Shown: piece after piece, positions 58,148-64,000 of the stretch | Numbering within the stretch: position 1 is the stretch's first letter | Layout: each line of letters opens with the position of its first letter | NCBI GenBank assembly: GCA_965208835.1 | Contig: OZ242358.1 | Coordinates: forward strand, 768,001-832,000 | Direction of reading: 5' to 3' | Length of the DNA stretch: 64,000 nt | DNA from: Candidatus Latescibacterota bacterium | GTDB taxonomy: Bacteria > Latescibacterota > UBA2968 > GCA-2709665 | The notes under the pieces: generated by a model | Database searches by the model: none | Seen by the model: the letters and a program-made list of their open reading frames with translations, nothing else | Told to the model about the DNA's origin: nothing | Position numbers and translations under genes: made by a program

Positions 58148-59275
58148 ATGAAGATTGCACCATTGATATCGCCCGACGAATTCGTGGGGCTTGAAGGGAT
58201 TACGCATCTGTGTACGGGAGGAGAAAGTCCGTGGCTGAAGGCGCAGGAGTCGGTCTATGCGGAGTTCGCGCGCCTGAAGAGCGGGGGATACGACGGGCGG
58301 GACGTGATCTACACGATCGGGAACAGGTGCCGCGGCCGCATGGGTGACTTGTGGGGCGTGCCCGCAAAGCGCATTGCGTTCGTGCCGTCAGCGGCCGAGG
58401 GCATCAACTGGCTGGCGAGGGGGCTGGACTGGCGTGACGGGGATAACGTGGTGACCACGAACCTGGAGTTCCCGTCGGTGGCTTACGCGTGGAAGCAGCT
58501 GGACCGGCTGGGTGTGGAGGTCCGGTTGGTTCCGCACCGCGACTGGTTCGTCCACGAAGCGGACCTGCTGGCTGCCGTGGATTCGCGCACGCGGGTGCTG
58601 GCCGTGAGCCAGGTGAGTTTCTACACGGGGCAGAACCTGGACGTGGCGCGGCTTTCCGAGGGGACGCGTGGAAGAGGTGTGCTGCTGGCGGTAGACGCCA
58701 CCCATGCCACCGGCGTGGTGCGGGTCGATGCCGCGCTGGCGGATATGACGGTGAGCAGCAGCTACAAATGGCTGCTGGCAACGCACGGCGTCGCTCCGTG
58801 CTACGTGAGCGAGCACGCGGAGTCCCAGATTGGGACGACGTGTTTCGGCTGGCGGAACCTGGCAGTTTGGCCGGCCCAGCGCGCCGAGTGCCATCCCGAC
58901 GTGGATGAAAAACCGATGCCGGACCGGATGGAGCCCGGGAATCCGGCGATGATGGTGGTCATGCACCTGGACAAGGCGCTGGAGGTCCTGCTGGGCGTTG
59001 GAATGGACCGGATCGACACGCATGCGCGCGATCTGTCGGAGCAGGTGAGCGCGGGCCTGGACCGGCTCGGATACACGGTGATCAGCCCCAGGGAACGCGT
59101 AGCACGATCGGGAAACACCTGCTTTGCGGTAGACGACGCAAAGGGGCTCGAAACGGCTCTCGCGGCGCATAATGTGCTGTGCTGGGGGGAATACGGCCGG
59201 CTGCGGGTGTCCACGCATCTGTACAACGGCAGCGCGGACGTCGACAGGCTTTTGGAAGTCCTGGCGCAGGTTTAA
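58148..59275 (+). CDS. Class V PLP-dependent aminotransferase-fold enzyme
   Basis: EFPS, VDATH, SSYKW, LRVSTHLYN. Confidence 0.88.
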   Translation: MKIAPLISPDEFVGLEGITHLCTGGESPWLKAQESVYAEFARLKSGGYDGRDVIYTIGNRCRGRMGDLWGVPAKRIAFVPSAAEGINWLARGLDWRDGDNVVTTNLEFPSVAYAWKQLDRLGVEVRLVPHRDWFVHEADLLAAVDSRTRVLAVSQVSFYTGQNLDVARLSEGTRGRGVLLAVDATHATGVVRVDAALADMTVSSSYKWLLATHGVAPCYVSEHAESQIGTTCFGWRNLAVWPAQRAECHPDVDEKPMPDRMEPGNPAMMVVMHLDKALEVLLGVGMDRIDTHARDLSEQVSAGLDRLGYTVISPRERVARSGNTCFAVDDAKGLETALAAHNVLCWGEYGRLRVSTHLYNGSADVDRLLEVLAQV

Positions 59276-59321
59276 TTCGCGAACGGGCCGGGACGGACTG
59301 TTAATCGAGGAGATCGGCGGG

Positions 59322-60152
59322 ATGATGAAACTGGGCTGTATGTCGCTGAGCTACAAGGACCGGTTTGCGGACGGCAAGATGGACCTGGAGGGGTTTATCG
59401 ACCGGGCGCATGAGTTGAGGCTGGATGGCATCGATATCCATACGGGGGCGTTCGCCTCCAAGGAACCGGCGTACCTGCGGAATATCAGGATGCGGTGTTT
59501 GAAGCGCGGGTTGGCGATCTCCTATATCGGGGTGAGCAACGATTTCGGCAGGCCGGAGCCGGAGCTTGCCGGCGCGGTTTCCGAGGTCAGGGAGTGGGTG
59601 GACGCAGCGGCCTTCATGGGGGTCCCGATGGTGCGGATATTCGCGGCGTGGGTGCGCGGCGGCGCGACGGAGGAGGAGGTGTGGGCGCGGATGATGCCGT
59701 GTATGCGGGAGGTCGCCGCCTATGGCGAAGAGAAGGGCGTGGTGCTGGGCCTGCACAACCACAACCACGGGTGCGTGACGCGAACGGGAAAGGATGTGCG
59801 CCGCATCATCGAAACCGTGAACAACGCCTATCTGTCCCATATCCTGGACACCGGTCAGTACGTCGGGTCGCCCGGCGCCAGCGGCGCGAACGGCAGGGAG
59901 GACCCCGCGCTGGATTTCTATGGAAGCATCGCGGAAACGGCGCCTCTGGCCGTACACGTGCGCGCGAAGATCTACCGGATTCAGACCGGCGAGGAGGCCT
60001 GGCTGGACTATCCCAGGATTTTTGAAATTTTGAGAAGCGTGGACTTTAATGGTTGGGTTTCCGTGGTCTACGAAGGTCAGGCGGTGGAGGCGGAGGACAC
60101 GGCGGTCCCCAAAGCCGTGGATTATCTGAGGCGGTTTGTTCCTGGCGGATGA
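59322..60152 (+). CDS. Sugar phosphate isomerase/epimerase (xylose-isomerase-like TIM barrel)
   Basis: LHNHNH, LDTG, VHVRAK, SVVYEG. Confidence 0.85.
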   Translation: MMKLGCMSLSYKDRFADGKMDLEGFIDRAHELRLDGIDIHTGAFASKEPAYLRNIRMRCLKRGLAISYIGVSNDFGRPEPELAGAVSEVREWVDAAAFMGVPMVRIFAAWVRGGATEEEVWARMMPCMREVAAYGEEKGVVLGLHNHNHGCVTRTGKDVRRIIETVNNAYLSHILDTGQYVGSPGASGANGREDPALDFYGSIAETAPLAVHVRAKIYRIQTGEEAWLDYPRIFEILRSVDFNGWVSVVYEGQAVEAEDTAVPKAVDYLRRFVPGG

Positions 60153-60211
60153 GACGGCCGGGATGACCGAACCACCGGCAGCCCGCCGGTTTCGCCGGGG
60201 TACCGGTAATT

Positions 60212-62212
60212 ATGGCTCAGGCGCGTCTTGACGATCACCGGAACCGTTCTGGAGAACCCGATTCCGCGGGGAGCGGTATCACCGCGCGGTCGGTGGTTCT
60301 GGGTTTGTTGACGGCTGCCGCCTCGGCCTATTACGGCATCGCCGGATCGATGGTTCTGCACGTCGGGTCGCTGGTCAAGTCCAATTTCCCTGTATCGCTG
60401 ATACTGGTATTTGTAATCTGGGTGGTCATCAACATGGTGATCGCCCGGGTCGCGCCCGGGAGCGTGCTTTCCCGCACGGAGATGATGGTTATCTTCGCCA
60501 TGGCCTGGATCGCGGGGATGATGCCCGGAGTGGGGTGGACGGGGTATATGACGGGCGCGCTGCCCGCGCCGCATTTCTTCGCAACCCCCGAGAATCGATG
60601 GGCCGACCTGTTCCTTGACGAGCTGCCGCACTGGGCGTTCCCCGAGCCCGTGCCGGAAATCGTGGACCGGTTCTATTTCGGGTTGCGCAAGGGGGAGTCA
60701 GTCCCCTGGTCCGGGTGGCTGGCGCCGGTGGGCTGGTGGCTGGCAGGCAGCCTCGCCATGGTAGGCGTGGCTTTTTTCGTTACGACGATTTTTCATCGAC
60801 AGTGGGCCGACGCCGAGCGGCTGACCTATCCGCTGGTCAGTTTTCCCTCTGATCTGACCGACGGGATCGGACCCGGCCGCGCCATTCCGAGGCTCTTCCG
60901 GTCGCCGTTGTTCTGGCTGGGTTTTGCCTGGACGGCCGGCATCATCTGCTGGAACATCATCACGTTCTGGTACCCCCAGGTGCCGCGCGTCACGCTGTTC
61001 GACTCGGTGAACACCAAGTGGATGGTGGTGGCCCACAACTTTCCCCGCGTCTACTATCGGGTTTTACCGCTCGTGATCGGTCTGGGTTATCTGTGTCGCC
61101 TGGACCTGCTGTTCAGTTTCTGGTTCATGGGCCTGCTGGCGGTGGTGAAGGTGGGCGTGATGAACCGGACCGGGTTCACCGTGGGCATGGCGGGGCAACC
61201 CTCGACCGGCAACGAGATCGTCAATCTGGAGAGCCACGGGGCAATGACGGTCCTGGTGGTGTGGTCCCTGTGGATGGCCAGGCGTCACCTCGCGTACGTC
61301 TGGAAGAAGGCCTGGGAAGGCGGCGGGGAGGGGGAGGGTCCGGTTACCTACCGGACCGCGGTTGCGGGGCTGCTGGTCTGCGCGAGTTTCGTCTGTGGTT
61401 TCTTCATGGCCGTGGGCCTCTCGTTCAGCCTTGCCCTGGGTCAGATGACGTTGATGTTCATTGCGTATTTCACGGTGGCGAAATACATGGCGGCGACGGG
61501 CTTCGGATATCTGGTCCCAGTGGGCGGCAAGGGCGGATGGTGGCTCAAGTCCATCACGGGCACGGCCACGATGGATACCCGGAACCTGGTTGGATTGGGG
61601 CTCCTGAACAGCAGCGTCTTCTTCGGAGGAGGCCGGCTGCAGACGATTCAGATGCTTCCCCATCATCTGAAGGCGATGGACCATCTGAAGTCCCGCCGGG
61701 GATGGGTCGGCGGCACGGTCTTTGTCGGATTCGTGGTCAGCTTTCTGGTCTGCGTTGGCTTCATTGTCTTTTACTGCTATACGGAGTCCGCACTCTTTTT
61801 GAGATCGTGGACCTTGTGGGAGGGGCCGCACGGCATATTCAACGGTCTGGCGACGTCCATCGGAGAAACGGATCGAACCGTTTTCGACCCGCAGAAGCTG
61901 GGGATCTGGCTTATCGGCGCTGGAGAGGCGGGTCTGCTCGCGCTGCTGCGGACGTGGTTTCCGTGGTGGCCGCTGCACCCGCTCGGCCTGGCGTTCCAGT
62001 ATACGACGGGACCCCGGTATTACGTGCTGAGCATCATGCTGGTATGGGCGGCCAAGCTGCTGATCGTGCACTATGGTGGGCCTCGGATGTACGAGAAGGC
62101 CAAGCCGTTCTTCTACGGGACCGTCATCGGGTATTGCGTTGGCATCGGCATCGCACAGGTTGTCGACCTGATCTGGTTTCCCGGCCAGGGACACGGGTTT
62201 CATAATTATTGA
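60212..62212 (+). CDS. Polytopic membrane protein, DUF6785/DUF6784-like (putative OPT-related transporter)
   Basis: Many TM helices; QWADAERLTYPL, FPWWPLHPLG, HYGGPRMYEKAKPFFYG. Confidence 0.65.
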   Translation: MAQARLDDHRNRSGEPDSAGSGITARSVVLGLLTAAASAYYGIAGSMVLHVGSLVKSNFPVSLILVFVIWVVINMVIARVAPGSVLSRTEMMVIFAMAWIAGMMPGVGWTGYMTGALPAPHFFATPENRWADLFLDELPHWAFPEPVPEIVDRFYFGLRKGESVPWSGWLAPVGWWLAGSLAMVGVAFFVTTIFHRQWADAERLTYPLVSFPSDLTDGIGPGRAIPRLFRSPLFWLGFAWTAGIICWNIITFWYPQVPRVTLFDSVNTKWMVVAHNFPRVYYRVLPLVIGLGYLCRLDLLFSFWFMGLLAVVKVGVMNRTGFTVGMAGQPSTGNEIVNLESHGAMTVLVVWSLWMARRHLAYVWKKAWEGGGEGEGPVTYRTAVAGLLVCASFVCGFFMAVGLSFSLALGQMTLMFIAYFTVAKYMAATGFGYLVPVGGKGGWWLKSITGTATMDTRNLVGLGLLNSSVFFGGGRLQTIQMLPHHLKAMDHLKSRRGWVGGTVFVGFVVSFLVCVGFIVFYCYTESALFLRSWTLWEGPHGIFNGLATSIGETDRTVFDPQKLGIWLIGAGEAGLLALLRTWFPWWPLHPLGLAFQYTTGPRYYVLSIMLVWAAKLLIVHYGGPRMYEKAKPFFYGTVIGYCVGIGIAQVVDLIWFPGQGHGFHNY

Positions 62213-62253
62213 AATACAAACACCCTATGCGAATTGAAATCGATATTTACCAC

Positions 62254-62282
62254 TTGACTTCCCAGATCGTATCCCTTACATT
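62254..62282 (+). promoter_or_regulatory. Putative sigma70 promoter
   Basis: TTGACT-N17-TACATT. Confidence 0.55.
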
Positions 62283-62298
62283 CCTGCCTGCCAAAAAA

Positions 62299-62320
62299 TG
62301 ATAATGAGTTATCAATATCA
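62299..62320. promoter_or_regulatory. Fur-family operator 1
   Basis: TGATAATGAG-TT-ATCAATATCA upstream of the fur-family gene. Confidence 0.7.
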
Positions 62321-62500
62321 CATCAAGGGTTGTGCTCTCCCTTGAATCACCGTCAACTCGCGGCAACTGCAGGCGGTTGGGCGTGCTCGTCTAATGCCAC
62401 TGACGATCACCAGGGCTTGGATCAGGTGTGCGCTCTGAGAGCCAGGCGACTGAAGACCGTCGAGCCGATCCGGCATCAAGCGGCCAAAGGAGGCATACAT

Positions 62501-62881
62501 ATGAGCAACAGACTCACCAGCCAACGCAACGCCATCGTGAGGGTTATTCGCGACGCCCCCGGTCCACTTCGCCCCATGGGAATCCTCGACCTGGCGTCCC
62601 CCATCGTGCCGACGCTGGGCATTGCAACGGTTTATCGGCAACTCAGGCGCCTGCAAGACTCCGGTGAAGTGCGTGCCGTGGAAATGGGCGTCAATGATGT
62701 GCGCTACGAGCCGACCGACCGGGGCCATCATCACCATTTTCTCTGTCGTGAGTGCGACGAAGCGTTCGACATCCCCGGGTGCCCGGAGGGTATCGCGAAC
62801 CTGGCCCCGCCGGGCTTCGAGCTCGAAGAGCACGAGATCACGCTCTACGGACAATGCCGCGATTGCAGCGCGGGGAATTGA
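62501..62881 (+). CDS. Fur family transcriptional regulator
   Basis: GGAGG RBS; TSQR, IATVYR, HHHHFLCREC, C-terminal CRDC. Confidence 0.92.
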   Translation: MSNRLTSQRNAIVRVIRDAPGPLRPMGILDLASPIVPTLGIATVYRQLRRLQDSGEVRAVEMGVNDVRYEPTDRGHHHHFLCRECDEAFDIPGCPEGIANLAPPGFELEEHEITLYGQCRDCSAGN

Positions 62882-62970
62882 AACACGTTTGAACAGTGTG
62901 GCAGGGTTGAAGTCGCGGCGAAGGGAACCGTTGAGGTGGTGACCGCAGGCAGCTTTCCTCGACTACTTAT

Positions 62971-62992
62971 TGATAATGAGCACTCATTATCA
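62971..62992. promoter_or_regulatory. Fur-family operator 2
   Basis: TGATAATGAG-CA-CTCATTATCA perfect 10-bp inverted repeat upstream of the TBDR. Confidence 0.85.
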
Positions 62993-63030
62993 TAACATCA
63001 CGCGCATTTGCGCACACTACAGGAGGAGAA

Positions 63031-64000
63031 ATGCAAAAGTTCCGGAAGATTTCGTTGCTGCTGAATGCCTCAAGGGTCCGATCCATTCCCCTTTCCGCGG
63101 CCGTGATCCTCAGCGCCCTGTGCAGTCCCGTCTGGGCCGAGAAAGAAGCAGTCAAGACTGGCGCGGTCGTCTCCGCCGAACCTGACACGGGCTATTCCTC
63201 GCAGGAAACGAGTGTGTACGCACTGCCTGAGTTGGTCGTCTCCGCCGAACCCGATACGGGCTATTCCTCCACGCACAGCGGCACGGCTCTCGGGATTCCC
63301 ATTCCGCTGGAAGACACACCGCAATCCGTCCTGACCATCAAGAGACAGGTACTCGAAGATCAGCAGGCCACCACCCTTTGGGACGGCCTGAAAAATGTGA
63401 GCGGCGTTTTCAGTCGCGGTACGAATTCGGCAGTCTCCGAAGATTTCGTCATTCGCGGCTTCCGGTTGGATCCCAGGCGCAACTACTACCACAATGGAGT
63501 GCCGTACTACAATCGGTTTGCCGCTGAGCCGGGCAATCTCGAACGGGTGGAGGTGCTCAAAGGCCCGGCCTCCATCCTCTATGGCGCGATTGAGCCGGGG
63601 GGGATTATTAACACCATTACCCCCCAGCCGTCTACAATCTCCACGCGCCAGATGTACCTGAGCGCGGGCAGCTACGGCCACATGAGCCCCCGATTTTCGG
63701 CGTCCGGTCCGCTCGACCGCGAGGGCAGGGTGCTTTACAGGCTGTACGGCTCTAGATTGACAACGGAGAGTTTTCGCGATTTCGTTGAGCAGGATCGCTG
63801 GTACGTCAACCCTTCCGTCTATTGGGGCTGGTCTCAATCGACAACGCTGGAACTGAATTTTGAGTTATTGCGCGACGAAAGAACGGCCGATGCCGGCATC
63901 GTCGCGATCCTCGATCAGCCTGCGTCGGTACCCATCGATCGCTTCTACGGAGACCCGCTCTACAACAAGGAGACCATGAGCAACGGCGCTGTCACCCTGC
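63031..64000 (+). CDS. TonB-dependent siderophore/metal receptor (runs off window)
   Basis: Not in the ORF track. AGGAGG RBS; signal peptide; LPELVVSA TonB box; DTPQSV; ERVEVLKGPASILYG..EPGGIIN plug motif. Confidence 0.92.
   Translation, partial: MQKFRKISLLLNASRVRSIPLSAAVILSALCSPVWAEKEAVKTGAVVSAEPDTGYSSQETSVYALPELVVSAEPDTGYSSTHSGTALGIPIPLEDTPQSVLTIKRQVLEDQQATTLWDGLKNVSGVFSRGTNSAVSEDFVIRGFRLDPRRNYYHNGVPYYNRFAAEPGNLERVEVLKGPASILYGAIEPGGIINTITPQPSTISTRQMYLSAGSYGHMSPRFSASGPLDREGRVLYRLYGSRLTTESFRDFVEQDRWYVNPSVYWGWSQSTTLELNFELLRDERTADAGIVAILDQPASVPIDRFYGDPLYNKETMSNGAVTL

Noticed and set aside
58148-59275. Class V PLP enzyme as a selenocysteine lyase or cysteine desulfurase linked to the selenoprotein
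   Set aside because: It lacks the RxGHHCA or SGSAC catalytic-Cys motifs and lies 40 kb away in an unrelated gene cluster.

Overview
High-GC bacterial chromosomal window of about 50 CDSs. I found no rRNA, tRNA, CRISPR array or transposase. The gene content (four PhyH dioxygenases, two GWxTD proteins, a DUF6785-like membrane protein, Gfo/Idh/MocA and Ldh_2 paralogs) suggests a Latescibacterota/Gemmatimonadota/Poribacteria-like lineage; this is inference. Core features are an ECF sigma/ZAS anti-sigma/2x TPR-GWxTD operon, parE-parC, many catabolic oxidoreductases and hydrolases, a K+ channel, split aconitase X, and a Fur-family regulator plus TonB-dependent receptor. A lower-GC block (~44.3-53.5 kb) carries a membrane-anchored ECF sigma and a triplicated beta-propeller lipoprotein. 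Main highlights: (1) a gene split by an in-frame UGA (C-V-U, SECIS-like hairpin) that reads as a selenoprotein resembling animal Selenoprotein N, apparently with swapped domain order; (2) several non-autonomous structured mobile elements, including 23-nt hairpins nested three deep, two MITE families and a duplicated ~250-nt structured element; (3) tandem-duplication junctions that preserve the 3' end of a neighbouring gene. All family calls are by motif recognition only; no searches were run.
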